Shown here one piece after another: positions 1 through 9,749 of a stretch of DNA of 32,000 nucleotides. Position 1 is the stretch's first letter. Each line of letters begins with the position of its first letter. Source of the stretch: Kineococcus radiotolerans SRS30216 = ATCC BAA-149. GTDB lineage: Bacteria; Actinomycetota; Actinomycetes; Actinomycetales; Kineococcaceae. The position numbers and the translations under genes were made by a program. Where the stretch lies: positions 1,140,001-1,172,000 of the forward strand of contig NC_009664.2 in NCBI RefSeq assembly GCF_000017305.1, given 5' to 3'. Below the pieces are notes generated by a model. It had not been told where the DNA came from and searched no databases. It saw only the letters and a program-made list of their open reading frames with translations.

Positions 1-1108
1 CGCGGGTGGCGGGGGCCAGCAGCAGCCGGACGGTGTGCCGGGTCGTGGGGTCCAGCCGGCGCTTGTACGCCTCGTCCCCGCGCAGCAGGTCCAGCTCCCG
101 GTACCCGCTGACCAGGGCCCGGCGCCGGATGCGCAGCAGCAGCAGCGTCCCGGGCCCGGTCGCGGCGTAGCGGGCCCGGTAGGACTGCACGTAGCCGTGC
201 AGCGCGGTGGGCCCGGCCAGGCAGAACGCGTAGGCCACCAGCTCCCCGTCCAGGCGCAGCCCGGACAGCTGCACCACCCCGGGGGGCGTGGTGCGCAGGA
301 CCTCGGTGAGGGTGCGCCCGGAGGCGCCGCGCCACGGCCGGCGCCGGTGCGCGGCCCGTGGGTGGGCGTCGTCGACCTCGGCGAGTTCGGCGACGAGCTC
401 GTCGAGGTGGTCGGCGGCCGCGTCGGGGTCGCGCTCGCGCAGCTCGGCGACGTCGTGGAGCAGGTCGTCGACGACGACGAGGTCCCCGAGCTCGGCCAGC
501 CGGCGCCACTGCCGGCGTTCCTCGTGGCGGGCGTGGCGGCGTAGGCGGGTGTCGTGCTCCTCGACGGTGGCCGGCAGCGGGAGGGCGTGGACGGTGGCCT
601 GGCGCAGGGTGCGGACCGTGTAGCCGCGGGCCCGGGCCCACTCGGCCACCAGCCCCGGCAGCTCTCCCTCCGCGGGCACCTGCTCCAGGTCGAGCAGCGC
701 CCCGGGGACCTCGCGCAGCGCGCCGTCGACGACGGCGGCGACCAGCCGGGAGGTGGGGACGCCGGCGTCCGGGTCGGCCAGCACCGCGGCGTAGTCGCTG
801 GCGCCGGCGCCGAGGAAGGTCAGCAGCGGGCGGGAGCCGAGCAGGACGGTGAACGCGCCGAGGGCCAGCAGGCGGCCGTCGCGGCGGACGCTGACGAGCA
901 GCGGCTCCCCCGCGCCGAGGTGGGTGTGCACGGCGCGCAGCCAGTCGGGGCCGGTGAAGGGCGGCTGACCCGCGCGGGCGGCCAGGGCGCGCCACTCCGG
1001 GACGGGGGCGCCCTCCAGGCCGCGGCGGACGGTGACCGAGAGGCCGTGGGCGGGGTCGCGGACCAGCGCGAGGTCCCCGGCGGTCTCGAGGGCGAGCGCG
1101 TCAGTCAC
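1..1108 (-). CDS. GNAT-type acetyltransferase, CelD/BcsL-like (3' end lies outside the window)
   Basis: Absent from the ORF track because it runs off the left edge. Manual minus-strand translation from GTG at 1108 stays open to position 1: VTDALALETAGDLALVRDP...GELVAYAFCLAGPTALHGYVQSYRARYAATGPGTLLLLRIRRRALVSGYRELDLLRGDEAYKRRLDP... The LDLLRGDEAYK block is typical of CelD/BcsL-type GNAT proteins. Codons are GC3-rich. The + strand ORFs 35..544 and 554..1618 covering this region are Arg/Gly/Pro-rich antisense artefacts. Confidence 0.55.
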   Translation of the reverse strand, partial: MTDALALETAGDLALVRDPAHGLSVTVRRGLEGAPVPEWRALAARAGQPPFTGPDWLRAVHTHLGAGEPLLVSVRRDGRLLALGAFTVLLGSRPLLTFLGAGASDYAAVLADPDAGVPTSRLVAAVVDGALREVPGALLDLEQVPAEGELPGLVAEWARARGYTVRTLRQATVHALPLPATVEEHDTRLRRHARHEERRQWRRLAELGDLVVVDDLLHDVAELRERDPDAAADHLDELVAELAEVDDAHPRAAHRRRPWRGASGRTLTEVLRTTPPGVVQLSGLRLDGELVAYAFCLAGPTALHGYVQSYRARYAATGPGTLLLLRIRRRALVSGYRELDLLRGDEAYKRRLDPTTRHTVRLLLAPATR

Positions 1109-1251
1109 CCTCGTCCGCCTCCGCCGTGTGCGCGCCCTCCCCGGTGGAGGATCCGTGCGCACGATATCCGCGCGCGGCCCGCCCGGGGCGGAGTCCCGGC
1201 GCTCGCCACGCCACTATCGACGCACCGTCACCACCCCTCACGCAACGCACT

Positions 1252-1291
1252 GCGGCGGCGGTCTCGCGGGTTCCCGCGGGACCGCCGCCGC
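1252..1291 (-). terminator. GC-rich stem-loop 18 nt downstream of the ABC ATPase stop codon
   Basis: gcggcggcggtc-t-cgcgg[gttc]ccgcg-g-gaccgccgccgc: 12 bp, one G.U pair, then 5 bp, with a tetraloop. No U-tract, as is common in high-GC actinobacteria. Confidence 0.5.
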
Positions 1292-1308
1292 GGCGGGGAG
1301 GGGGTGCG

Positions 1309-2565
1309 TCAGGCGGTGGCGGGGGTGCGCGCGGCCTGCTGCTGCGCCCGTTCCAGCGACCGCTTGCGCAGCGCCTCGGACTGCTCGCCGATCTTCCTGG
1401 CCCTCTCCTCGTCGCGGGTGAGGTTCACCCCGCTGGAGGGGTCGAAGACGTGCATCCGCCGCGGGTCGAACCACAACCGGGCCGCGTCCCCGTCGCGCAC
1501 GGAGCTCATGGCGTCCAGGGTCACGACGAGCTGGTTGCGCAGGCTCTCCCCGTCCAGCTCGCGGTCGAGCTCCTCGAGCTGCTTCCTCGTCTCGGCCTCC
1601 GCCTCGAAGGGGACGTAGGCGTACAGCTCGTTGCCCAGCCACTCGGTGACGTCGACCTGCACGTCGAAGGTCACCGCCCCCGCCGGGGCGTCGGTGACCT
1701 CGACGTCGTCGAAGTGCTCGGGGCGGACGCCCACGATGAGCAGCTTCCCGTCGTGCTCCCCGCCCACGACGGCCGGCTTGGGCACGGTGCCGAAGGGCAG
1801 CTCCAGGACGTCCCCGCGCACCCGCGCGGGGAGGAAGTTCATCGGCGGGGAGCCGATGAACCCGGCCACGAAGAGGTTCACGGGCTGTTCGTACAGCTCC
1901 CGCGGGCTGGCGACCTGCTGCAGGACGCCCTTGCGCAGGACGGCGACGCGGTCGCCCAGGGTCAGGGCCTCGGTCTGGTCGTGGGTGACGTAGACGGTCG
2001 TCGTGGCCAGGGCGCGCTGCATGCGGGCGATCTCGGTGCGCATCTGCCCGCGCAGCTTCGCGTCGAGGTTGGACAGCGGCTCGTCGAAGAGGAACGCCTT
2101 GGCGTCGCGCACGATGGCGCGCCCCATCGCCACCCGCTGACGCTGCCCGCCGGAGAGGTTGGCGGGTTTGCGGTCCAGGTGGTCGTTGAGCTCGAGCATG
2201 TCCGCCGCCCGCTGCACCCGGCCCGCGATCTCGCTCTCGGGCACCTTGGAGTGGTTCAGCCGCAGCGGGAAGGCGATGTTCTCCCCCACCGTCAGGTGCG
2301 GGTACAGGGCGTAGTTCTGGAAGACCATGGCCAGGTCGCGGTCGCGCGGGGCCAGGTCGTTGACGCGCTTGCCGTCGATGAGCAGGTCGCCCTCGGAGAT
2401 GTCCTCCAGGCCGACGATCATCCGCAGCAGCGTGGACTTCCCGCAGCCGGAGGGGCCCACGAGGATGACGAACTCCCCGTCGGCGATGTCCAGGCTCACG
2501 TCGTTGATGGCCGGGAAGCCGTCGCCGTACCTCTTGACGAGGTTCCTCAGTTCGATGCGTGCCAT
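1309..2565 (-). CDS. Sugar ABC transporter ATP-binding protein (MalK/UgpC/SugC-like)
   Basis: 418-aa ORF. Walker A GPSGCGKST, signature LSGGQRQR, Walker B FLFDEPLSNLD, H-loop THDQ, and a C-terminal MalK-type regulatory domain. Last gene of the operon; the ATG lies 7 nt after the upstream permease stop. Confidence 0.95.
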   Translation of the reverse strand: MARIELRNLVKRYGDGFPAINDVSLDIADGEFVILVGPSGCGKSTLLRMIVGLEDISEGDLLIDGKRVNDLAPRDRDLAMVFQNYALYPHLTVGENIAFPLRLNHSKVPESEIAGRVQRAADMLELNDHLDRKPANLSGGQRQRVAMGRAIVRDAKAFLFDEPLSNLDAKLRGQMRTEIARMQRALATTTVYVTHDQTEALTLGDRVAVLRKGVLQQVASPRELYEQPVNLFVAGFIGSPPMNFLPARVRGDVLELPFGTVPKPAVVGGEHDGKLLIVGVRPEHFDDVEVTDAPAGAVTFDVQVDVTEWLGNELYAYVPFEAEAETRKQLEELDRELDGESLRNQLVVTLDAMSSVRDGDAARLWFDPRRMHVFDPSSGVNLTRDEERARKIGEQSEALRKRSLERAQQQAARTPATA

Positions 2566-2572
2566 GTCCTGA

Positions 2573-3415
2573 TCAACCCTTCACGGCGCCGTTGGTGAGA
2601 CCCGCGACGATCCTGCGCTGGAAGACCAGGGCGAGGAGGACCACGGGGATGGTGACGATGACGGCCGCGGCGGAGATCGCACCCGTCGGCTGGACGAAGT
2701 AGCTGGACCCGGTGAAGCTCGACAGCGCCGCCGGCACCGGCTGGGCCCTCGACGTCGAGGTCAGCGAGATGCCGAACACGAAGTCGTTCCAGGCGATGAA
2801 GAAGGCGATGATCGCCGTGGTGAACACCCCCGGCGCGGCCAGCGGGACGATGACCTTGCGGAAGGCCTGCCAGCTGGTGGCGCCGTCGACCTGCGCCGCC
2901 TGCTCCATGTCCCAGGGGATCCCGCGGAAGAACGCCGACATCGTCCAGATCGAGATCGGCAGCGTCAAGGCCAGGTAGGGGATGATGAGGCCAGGGATCG
3001 TGTCGTAGAGCCCGACCCGGCGCCACAGGTTGAACAGCGGGGTCACCATCGTGATGACGGGGAACACCGCCACGGCCAGGGCGCTGGTCAGCACGACCCG
3101 CTTGCCGGGGAAGTTCAGCCGGGCGATGGCGTAGGCGGCGAACATCGCCAGCACCACCGCGATGAGCGTCGCGATGAGGCAGGTGATGACGGAGTTGCGC
3201 AGGGCGGGCAGGAACAGGTCCGAGCCGCTGCCGGCGAAGATGCCGCTGTAGTTCTCCGTCGTCCACTGGGTGGGGAAGAACTTCTTGTTGGCCAGGTCCG
3301 ACTCGGACTTGAAGCTCATCGAGACGATGTAGGCGACCGGCAGGACCGCGTAGAGGACGATCAGCAGCGCCCCGAGGTACCAGCCGAGCTTCTCCTTGGT
3401 GGACATCGCACCCAT
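2573..3415 (-). CDS. Sugar ABC transporter permease (SugB-like, MalG family)
   Basis: 280-aa multi-TM ORF with the EAA loop (MEQAAQVDGATSWQAFRKVIVPLAAPG). Its ATG (3413-3415) sits 1 nt downstream of the upstream permease stop TGA (3417-3419). Confidence 0.93.
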   Translation of the reverse strand: MGAMSTKEKLGWYLGALLIVLYAVLPVAYIVSMSFKSESDLANKKFFPTQWTTENYSGIFAGSGSDLFLPALRNSVITCLIATLIAVVLAMFAAYAIARLNFPGKRVVLTSALAVAVFPVITMVTPLFNLWRRVGLYDTIPGLIIPYLALTLPISIWTMSAFFRGIPWDMEQAAQVDGATSWQAFRKVIVPLAAPGVFTTAIIAFFIAWNDFVFGISLTSTSRAQPVPAALSSFTGSSYFVQPTGAISAAAVIVTIPVVLLALVFQRRIVAGLTNGAVKG

Positions 3416-3416
3416 G

Positions 3417-4376
3417 TCAGCCCTCCCCTCGTGCTCGCGCCAGGTCGACCTTGAAGACCTTGATCGCGAGGAAGCAGATCACCAGGACGCAGACGAACAG
3501 CAGCACCGAGACCGCGGAACCGAGCCCGATCTCCAGCCGGCTGATCGTCTGGTTGTAGGCCAGGGCCGAGACGGTCTGGGTACCCGCCGCGCCCTGGGTC
3601 ATGATGTAGACGTTGTCGAAGATGCGGAACGCGTCGAGGGCGCGGAACAGCAGCGCCACCATGATCGACGCCTTCATGTTCGGCAGGGTGACCCGCCACA
3701 GCCGTTCCCACGCCGTCGCGCCGTCGACCTTGGCGGCCTCGATGGTGTCCGAGGGCACCTGGGCCAGCCCGGCCAGCAGCAGCAGCGAGATGAACGGCGT
3801 GGTCTTCCAGATCTCCGACAGGCAGATGACCAGCAGCGCGGTCCACTTGTTGGCGAACCAGTCGAAGTCCTCGCCGACGCCGGGGACGACGGAGTTCATG
3901 AACCCCGTCGTGAGGGCGAACGCGTACTGCCAGGCGTAGGCCGAGACGACCGTGATGACGGCGTAGGGCACCAGGATCGCGGTGCGCACGATGGGCCGCA
4001 GCCAGCCGAGGACCTTGTGCATGACCATGGCCAGGGCGAAACCCAGGACCAGCTCGATCGCGACGGTCACCACCGTGATGAGGACGGTGTTGACCATCGC
4101 CTCCCACCACAGCGAGTCCGTGAGGATGACCCCGTAGTTGCGCAGGCCGATGAACTCGCGGTCGCCGGGGGCGGTGAGGCGGTAGCTGAACAGCGACTCG
4201 TAGAGGGCCTGCAGGATCGGGTACCCGGTGACGGCGACGAGGATGACGAAGGCGGGCCCGGCCAGGTACCAGCCGAGCTTCGCCTCCGCCCGGGCCTTGT
4301 CGCTGCTGCGGGCCTTGCCCGGTTTCCCGGCGGCGGGGCGCGCCCCGGCGGCGCGCGGGGTGGTCGTGGCGCTCAC
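3417..4376 (-). CDS. Sugar ABC transporter permease (SugA-like, MalF family)
   Basis: This is the 3' part of the run-on ORF 3417..6482. The real start is the GTG at 4374-4376, overlapping the upstream stop as GTGA. Product [11 protein letters not shown]...KLGWYLAGPAFVILVAVTGYPIL... carries the EAA loop IEAAKVDGATAWERLWRVTLPNM. Confidence 0.92.
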   Translation of the reverse strand: MSATTTPRAAGARPAAGKPGKARSSDKARAEAKLGWYLAGPAFVILVAVTGYPILQALYESLFSYRLTAPGDREFIGLRNYGVILTDSLWWEAMVNTVLITVVTVAIELVLGFALAMVMHKVLGWLRPIVRTAILVPYAVITVVSAYAWQYAFALTTGFMNSVVPGVGEDFDWFANKWTALLVICLSEIWKTTPFISLLLLAGLAQVPSDTIEAAKVDGATAWERLWRVTLPNMKASIMVALLFRALDAFRIFDNVYIMTQGAAGTQTVSALAYNQTISRLEIGLGSAVSVLLFVCVLVICFLAIKVFKVDLARARGEG

Positions 4377-5686
4377 AGCAGCTTCTCCCCCTTGAGCACT
4401 TGCCCGATGTACTCCTGCGAGGCCGACGGGGTGCGGTCGGAGACGCTGGAGACCGGCTGCCACTGGTCGGCGATGCCCTGGCTGACCTCGTTGTAGTACG
4501 CCGTCTGCGGTCGCGGCGCGGCGGCCTGCAGCGACGTGCGGATGGCGTCGTACATCGGGTACGCCTCCTGCACCTCGGGGTCGTCGTAGACCGACTCCAG
4601 CGCGGCCGGGTTCCCGTCCGAGACCATGTAGGCGGCCTGGTTCTCCTCCGACACGATGCACTGCAGCGCCTCGTAGGCCGCGTCGGTGTTCTCCGAGAAC
4701 GCGCTGACGGCGATGTCGATGCCGCCCAGCGGCGGGGCCGCCGGGGTGCCCTCGGCCATCGCCGGGTAGGTCGTCCAGCCGTAGTCGTCGAAGACCGCCC
4801 GGTCCATCGTGCCGCCCTCGGCGGCGGCCTTGCCCTGGGCGTAGACGAAGGGCCAGTTCACCATGAACGCCGCGCCCTCCTGCTGGAACAGGTTGGCCGT
4901 GGCCGCCTCGTCGCGGTTGTCGATGCCCGGGCCCCCCACCCCGGCGTCGGCGATCCGCTGCATCACCGCGGCGGCCGCCTTCCCCGCCTCGGAGTCGATC
5001 CCGAGGCGGATGTCGGGGCCCTTGGCGTCGGGGTTCTCGATGACCTCGCCCCCGGCGGAGGCAATCATCGCGTTGACCCACACCGTCATCGACTCCGCGC
5101 GCTGGCCCTGGACGCCGATGGCGGTGTCCTGGGCCTGCGCCGCCTCGATGAGCTGCTGCCAGGTCACCGGCTTCGTCATGTCCAGGCCCGCGGCCTCGGC
5201 GACGGACTTGCGGTACCAGAGCAGCTGGGTGTTGGCCCAGAACGGGACGGCGACGAGCTCGTCCTTCCACGTCGCGCCCTGGACGGCACCGTCCACGACC
5301 CCGTCGGTGAAGGTGGCCCGCAGGTCCTCGGGCACGGGGGCGAGGAACCCCGCCTCCGACGTCTCCGGCACGAAGACCGGGTCCAGGCTCATGAGGTCGA
5401 TCGAGGTGTCCCCGCCGGCGAGGCGGCGCATGAGCTGCTCGCGCTGCTGGGCGGCGTCGCTGGGGAGGATCGACACCTCGATCGAGTACGCGCCGCCGGA
5501 GGCGGCGCTGCAGTCCTCGGCGATCTTCTGCTGCCCGCCGTTGTCGGGGTTGATGTACCAGTTCAGGGTCGGCGTCCCCGTCGCCGCCGATCCGTCCCCG
5601 CACGCCGTCAGCGAGCCGGCCAGCACGACGCCGACCCCCGCCACGGCCACGAGTCGGCGCCACCTTCCGGACGTCCTGCCGTCCAC
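4373..5686 (-). CDS. Sugar ABC transporter substrate-binding lipoprotein (LpqY-like, SBP family 1)
   Basis: 437 aa. Signal peptide with lipobox ([13 protein letters not shown]). GTG start preceded by GAGGAGGAG. First gene of a four-gene operon with the same order as mycobacterial lpqY-sugA-sugB-sugC. Substrate cannot be inferred from sequence alone. Confidence 0.9.
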   Translation of the reverse strand: MDGRTSGRWRRLVAVAGVGVVLAGSLTACGDGSAATGTPTLNWYINPDNGGQQKIAEDCSAASGGAYSIEVSILPSDAAQQREQLMRRLAGGDTSIDLMSLDPVFVPETSEAGFLAPVPEDLRATFTDGVVDGAVQGATWKDELVAVPFWANTQLLWYRKSVAEAAGLDMTKPVTWQQLIEAAQAQDTAIGVQGQRAESMTVWVNAMIASAGGEVIENPDAKGPDIRLGIDSEAGKAAAAVMQRIADAGVGGPGIDNRDEAATANLFQQEGAAFMVNWPFVYAQGKAAAEGGTMDRAVFDDYGWTTYPAMAEGTPAAPPLGGIDIAVSAFSENTDAAYEALQCIVSEENQAAYMVSDGNPAALESVYDDPEVQEAYPMYDAIRTSLQAAAPRPQTAYYNEVSQGIADQWQPVSSVSDRTPSASQEYIGQVLKGEKLL

Positions 5687-5892
5687 CGCTCCTCCTCGAC
5701 GTCGTCGTCTGGATCGTCTGCACGGATGTCTGTGCGGTTCGTGCGTCTCGTTCGTTGGCCATGCCTACACCTCCCCCCCGCGCGACGCCATCCGGAAGAT
5801 CGCGAGTCGCCGAGGTCTCGTCGGATCGTGAGCGGAGCGTGATCTGCCGACCGTCCGCGCACCCCGGGCGGGGTCCTTGGCAGGATGGGCCC

Positions 5893-7308
5893 ATGGTCAC
5901 CGACGCCCCCGCACCCGATCCCCGCGCCGAGTTCCGCATCGAGCACGACACCATGGGGGAGGTCAGGGTCCCGGCCGCGGCGAAGTACCGCGCGCAGACG
6001 CAGCGGGCCGTGGAGAACTTCCCGCTGTCGGGCACCGGCCTCGAACGCGCCCACATCGAGGCGCTCGCCCGGATCAAGAAGGCCGCCGCGCTGGCCAACG
6101 CCGAGCTCGGCGTCCTGGCCGAGGACCTCGCCCGCGCCGTCGCCGACGCCGCCGAGGAGGTCGCGACCGGCCGCTGGGACGCGGAGTTCCCCGTCGACAT
6201 CTTCCAGACCGGTTCGGGCACCAGCTCCAACATGAACGCCAACGAGGTCATCGCGACGCTGGCCACCGAGCGCTTCGGCTCCCCCGTGCACCCCAACGAC
6301 CACGTCAACGCCTCGCAGTCCTCCAACGACGTCTTCCCCACCTCCGTGCACGTCGCCGCGACCTCGGCCGTCGTCAACGAGCTGGTGCCGGCGCTGCGCC
6401 ACCTCGAGGCGTCGCTGCGGCGCAAGGCCGTCGAGTGGGCCGAGGTCGTGAAGTCCGGGCGCACCCACCTCATGGACGCCACCCCGGTGACCCTGGGCCA
6501 GGAGTTCGCCGGCTACGCGGCGCAGGTGAAGCGCGGGATCGAGCGGGTCGAGGCAACCGTCGTGCGCGTCGCCGAGGTCCCCCTGGGCGGGACGGCCGTC
6601 GGCACCGGCATCAACACCCCGCCCGGGTTCCCGCAGCGGGTCATCGAGCTGCTCGCCGCCGACACGGGCCTGCCCCTGACCGAGGCCGAGGACCACTTCG
6701 AGGCCCAGGGCGCCCGCGACGCGCTGGTGGAGCTGTCCGGGGCCCTCAAGGTCGTCGCCGTCAGCGTCACGAAGATCTGCAACGACCTGCGCTGGATGGG
6801 GTCCGGGCCGCGCACCGGTCTCGGCGAGCTCCGGCTGCCCGACCTGCAGCCGGGGTCCTCGATCATGCCCGGCAAGGTGAACCCGGTCGTGCCGGAGGCG
6901 GCGCTCATGGTCTGCGCGCAGGTCGTCGGCAACGACGCCGCGGTGACCTGGGCCGGGGCCAGCGGCGCCTTCGAGCTCAACGTCCAGATCCCGGTGATGG
7001 CCCGCAACGTCCTGGAGTCCGCGCGGCTGCTGGGCAACGCGGCGAAGCTGCTGGCCGACCGCACCGTCGACGGCCTCGAGGCCGACGTGGAGGCCTGCCG
7101 CCGGTTCGCGGAGTCCTCCCCCTCCATCGTCACGCCGCTGAACCGGGTGATCGGCTACGAGGCGGCCGCGAAGGTCGCCAAGCACGCCGTGGCCACCGGC
7201 TCCACGGTGCGCGAGGCCGTCGTCGCGCTCGGCTTCGTCGAGCGCGGCGAGGTCAGCGAGGAGCAGCTCGACACCGCCCTCGACGTCATGTCGATGACCC
7301 ACCCCTGA
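5893..7308 (+). CDS. fumC: Class II fumarate hydratase
   Basis: [17 protein letters not shown]-terminus, [21 protein letters not shown] and the [11 protein letters not shown] signature loop. I chose the ATG at 5893 (MVTDAP...). The ORF-track start at 5755 would add 46 residues that do not resemble fumarase. Confidence 0.95.
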   Translation: MVTDAPAPDPRAEFRIEHDTMGEVRVPAAAKYRAQTQRAVENFPLSGTGLERAHIEALARIKKAAALANAELGVLAEDLARAVADAAEEVATGRWDAEFPVDIFQTGSGTSSNMNANEVIATLATERFGSPVHPNDHVNASQSSNDVFPTSVHVAATSAVVNELVPALRHLEASLRRKAVEWAEVVKSGRTHLMDATPVTLGQEFAGYAAQVKRGIERVEATVVRVAEVPLGGTAVGTGINTPPGFPQRVIELLAADTGLPLTEAEDHFEAQGARDALVELSGALKVVAVSVTKICNDLRWMGSGPRTGLGELRLPDLQPGSSIMPGKVNPVVPEAALMVCAQVVGNDAAVTWAGASGAFELNVQIPVMARNVLESARLLGNAAKLLADRTVDGLEADVEACRRFAESSPSIVTPLNRVIGYEAAAKVAKHAVATGSTVREAVVALGFVERGEVSEEQLDTALDVMSMTHP

Positions 7309-7309
7309 G

Positions 7310-8980
7310 GTGTCCGGCCGGGGCCGGCGCGCCGACGCCGGCTCCCGGCCCGACACTGGCCCGGTGCTCCCCCAGCTGCTGCTCGTCCTGGTGGGCGCCC
7401 TGGCGCTGACCATCGTCTCCGTGCGCCGCGGCTGGCAGGCCCCGCTGGTGCTGGCGGTGTGCGGGGCGGCGGTCTCCTTCGTCCCGGGGCTGCCGCGGCT
7501 GGAGCTGCCGCCCGACGTCATCCTGTCGGTGGTCCTGCCCCCGCTGCTGTTCTCCACGACGACCGGCTTCTCCTGGCGCGGCTTCGTGCGGCGGTGGCGC
7601 TCCATCACCAACCTCGGGGTGCTGCTCGTCGTCGTCACCACGGCCGCGGTGGGGGCGGTGGCGGCCTACGCCGTGCCCTGGCTGGGCCTGGGCACCGCCC
7701 TGGTGCTCGCGGCGGTCGTCTCACCCCCCGACGCGGTGACGGCGGTGGCCATCGGGGGCCGCCTGGGGCTGCCCACCCGGGTGCTGACGACCCTCAAGGG
7801 CGAGAGCCTCGTCAACGACGCCGCGGCCCTGACGCTGTTCTCCACCGCGACCGCCGCGGTGGCCGGCACCGAGACCCTCGTCGAGAACCCCGTGCTGTTC
7901 TTCCTCGTCGAGGCCGCCGGCGGGATCCTGCTCGGGGCGGTCCTCGGCCGCCTGGTGCACCTGGTGCGGACCCGCCTGCACAACCCGGCGAACATGACGG
8001 CGCTGGCGGTGCTGACCCCCTTCACCGCCTACGCGGTGGCCGAGGCGCTGGAGACGTCCGGGGTGCTGGCCGTCGTCGCCGCCGGGTTCGCGCTCTCGCG
8101 CCGCTCGGTGCGCACCGTCTACGCCACCCGCATCGCCGAGCGGGAGGTGTGGAACCTGCTGGACGTGCTCCTGGAGGCCTTCGTCTTCGCCTACCTGGGG
8201 CTGCAGTTCCGCTTCCTGCTCGCCGACGCCCTCGACGCGGGGACCAGCGCGACCGGGCTGCTGGGCGCCGGTCTCGTCGTGCTCGCCGCCGTCGTCGCCG
8301 TCCGCGCGGTCTGGGTGCTGGGCGGTGGTCTGCTCATGCGCCGGGTGCTGCACGGGCGGTTCTCCCCCGGCGGGCGGCACTACACCGCCCGGGAGGACCT
8401 GGTGATCGCCTGGACCGGCATGCGGGGGGTGGTGACGCTGGCCGCGGCGGCGGGCATCCCCGCCACCACGAGCACCGGGGAACCCTTCCCGCACCGGGCG
8501 GACCTGCAGGTGCTGGCCTTCGGCGTCGCGGTCGGCACGCTGCTGCTGCAGGGTTCGACGCTGCCGGCGCTGATCCGGCGCCTGCACCTGGAGGCCCCGG
8601 AGGAGCGGGAGTGGCTGGACGAGCAGCGGCGCCGGGCGCGGGAGCTGTCCTCGCGCACCGCGCGGGCGGAGCTGCGCGCGGCCCACGACGAGGCCGGGGA
8701 CCCGGTGCAGCGCCACGTGGCCGAGCTGGTCCTGGAGCGCGCCGAGCAGCTGGCGGCGCTGCGCGCGGCCGACGACGCCGACCAGGAGGCCGCCTCGGAG
8801 GGGCGCCGCGCGGCGGAGACCGGGGTGGCGCTGCGGCGCAGGGCGATCCGCGCTCAGCGGGCGGCGCTGGTCGCGGCCCAGGAGGAGGGGCGCATCGCCG
8901 AGGAGGCCGTCGCGGAGGCCCTGGAGCAGCTCGACCTCGACGAGGCGTCGCTGTCGCACCGCAGCTCGCCGCGGCTCTGA
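7310..8980 (+). CDS. Na+/H+ antiporter, CPA1/NhaP family
   Basis: About 11-12 hydrophobic segments, the conserved GESLVNDAAALTLF motif, and a charged helical cytoplasmic C-terminal tail. Start is uncertain: GTG 7310 lies 1 nt after the fumC stop; the in-frame GTG at 7364 (VLPQLLLVLVG...) is an alternative. Confidence 0.85.
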   Translation: MSGRGRRADAGSRPDTGPVLPQLLLVLVGALALTIVSVRRGWQAPLVLAVCGAAVSFVPGLPRLELPPDVILSVVLPPLLFSTTTGFSWRGFVRRWRSITNLGVLLVVVTTAAVGAVAAYAVPWLGLGTALVLAAVVSPPDAVTAVAIGGRLGLPTRVLTTLKGESLVNDAAALTLFSTATAAVAGTETLVENPVLFFLVEAAGGILLGAVLGRLVHLVRTRLHNPANMTALAVLTPFTAYAVAEALETSGVLAVVAAGFALSRRSVRTVYATRIAEREVWNLLDVLLEAFVFAYLGLQFRFLLADALDAGTSATGLLGAGLVVLAAVVAVRAVWVLGGGLLMRRVLHGRFSPGGRHYTAREDLVIAWTGMRGVVTLAAAAGIPATTSTGEPFPHRADLQVLAFGVAVGTLLLQGSTLPALIRRLHLEAPEEREWLDEQRRRARELSSRTARAELRAAHDEAGDPVQRHVAELVLERAEQLAALRAADDADQEAASEGRRAAETGVALRRRAIRAQRAALVAAQEEGRIAEEAVAEALEQLDLDEASLSHRSSPRL

Positions 8981-9024
8981 GGGACGGTCCCGCCGCGGTC
9001 CTGCCGTGGTTTCGCGCGGAGACG

Positions 9025-9064
9025 ACGACGGGCGCCGACCCCCGTGGGGACCGGCGCCCGTCGT
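9025..9064. terminator. Bidirectional GC hairpin between convergent antiporter and rpsD genes
   Basis: acgacgggcgccg ... cggcgcccgtcgt gives a perfect 13-bp stem, plus an inner ccc/ggg extension. It lies 45 nt after the antiporter stop and 17 nt after the rpsD stop. Confidence 0.6.
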
Positions 9065-9080
9065 GCGCGGTGCGGCAGGC

Positions 9081-9689
9081 TCAGCGCGAGTAGTACTCGA
9101 CGACGAGCTGCTCGTCGCAGGTCACGGGGATCTGCTCGCGGACCGGGAGGGCGTTCACCGTGGCGGTGAGGTCCTCGCGCTCCACGGCCAGCCAGCCCGG
9201 GATCTCGTTGTCGCTCCAGCCGCCCTCGCGGGCGACGATGAACGGCGTCTTGGTCTTGGAGCGAGGGGCGACCTCGATCGTCTGGCCGACGACGACGCGG
9301 AACGAGGGGCGGTCGACGCGGCGACCGTCGACGACGATGTGGCGGTGCACGACCATCTGGCGGGCCTGGTAGATGGTGCGGGCGAAGCCGGCGCGCCAGA
9401 CGACGGCGTCGAGACGCGTCTCGAGCAGCTGCACCAGGTTCTGACCGGTCTTGCCGGGCTTGCGCTTGGCCAGGTCGTAGGCGCGGCGCAGCTGCGTCTC
9501 GCTCACGTCGTACTGGAAGCGCAGGCGCTGCTTCTCCCGCAGCTGCGTCGCGTAGTCCGACGCCTTCTTCTGCTTGCGGCCGTGCATGCCCGGGGGGTAC
9601 GGACGGCGGTCCATGAAGCGGGCGGCCTTCGGCGTGAGGGCCACCCCGAGCGCGCGGCTGATGCGCACCTTGGGTCGGGCGTTGTTCAT
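9081..9689 (-). CDS. rpsD: 30S ribosomal protein S4
   Basis: [42 protein letters not shown]...[42 protein letters not shown]... (202 aa). ATG at 9687-9689 follows AGGAGAG with 5-nt spacing. The ORF-track start at 9812 is an upstream extension into the leader. Confidence 0.95.
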   Translation of the reverse strand: MNNARPKVRISRALGVALTPKAARFMDRRPYPPGMHGRKQKKASDYATQLREKQRLRFQYDVSETQLRRAYDLAKRKPGKTGQNLVQLLETRLDAVVWRAGFARTIYQARQMVVHRHIVVDGRRVDRPSFRVVVGQTIEVAPRSKTKTPFIVAREGGWSDNEIPGWLAVEREDLTATVNALPVREQIPVTCDEQLVVEYYSR

Positions 9690-9714
9690 TCCACTCTCCT
9701 GATCGTAAGGTGAG

Positions 9715-9749
9715 CCTGGCCTCACTCGAGAAGTGCTCGAGAGGCCAGG
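9715..9749 (-). promoter_or_regulatory. Strong stem-loop in the rpsD 5' leader (candidate S4 autoregulatory element)
   Basis: mRNA sense: CCUGGCCUC-UCGAG-[CACUU]-CUCGA-GU-GAGGCCAGG, 14 bp with a 2-nt bulge, ending 25 nt upstream of the AUG. The 5' arm contains CUCUC, which could alternatively pair with the SD GGAGAG. Confidence 0.4.

Noticed and set aside
35-1618. + strand ORFs 35..544, 288..623, 358..852, 554..1618
   Set aside because: Arg/Gly/Pro/Ala-rich. The minus strand carries a clean open frame (1108..1) with a GNAT/CelD-like C-terminal block, and from 1309 the ABC ATPase.
5755-5892. ORF-track start for fumC at 5755
   Set aside because: It adds 46 Pro/Arg/Ser-rich residues with no fumarase similarity and lies in the divergent promoter region. 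The ATG at 5893 gives the canonical N-terminus.
4377-6482. Upstream 700 codons of the 1021-aa minus ORF 3417..6482; also ORFs 5608..7641(-), 4400..5842(+), 5877..7409(+)
   Set aside because: Biased Arg/Gly/Pro composition. They overlap the lipoprotein SBP and fumC genes, which have strong signatures. Only the last 319 codons (3417..4376) encode the permease.
9081-9689. Interpreting the isolated rpsD as an extra or alternative S4 paralogue
   Set aside because: Stand-alone rpsD is, to my recollection, the normal arrangement in several actinobacterial lineages such as Streptomyces. The sequence looks like a full-length canonical S4. Without the rest of the genome, a second copy cannot be inferred.
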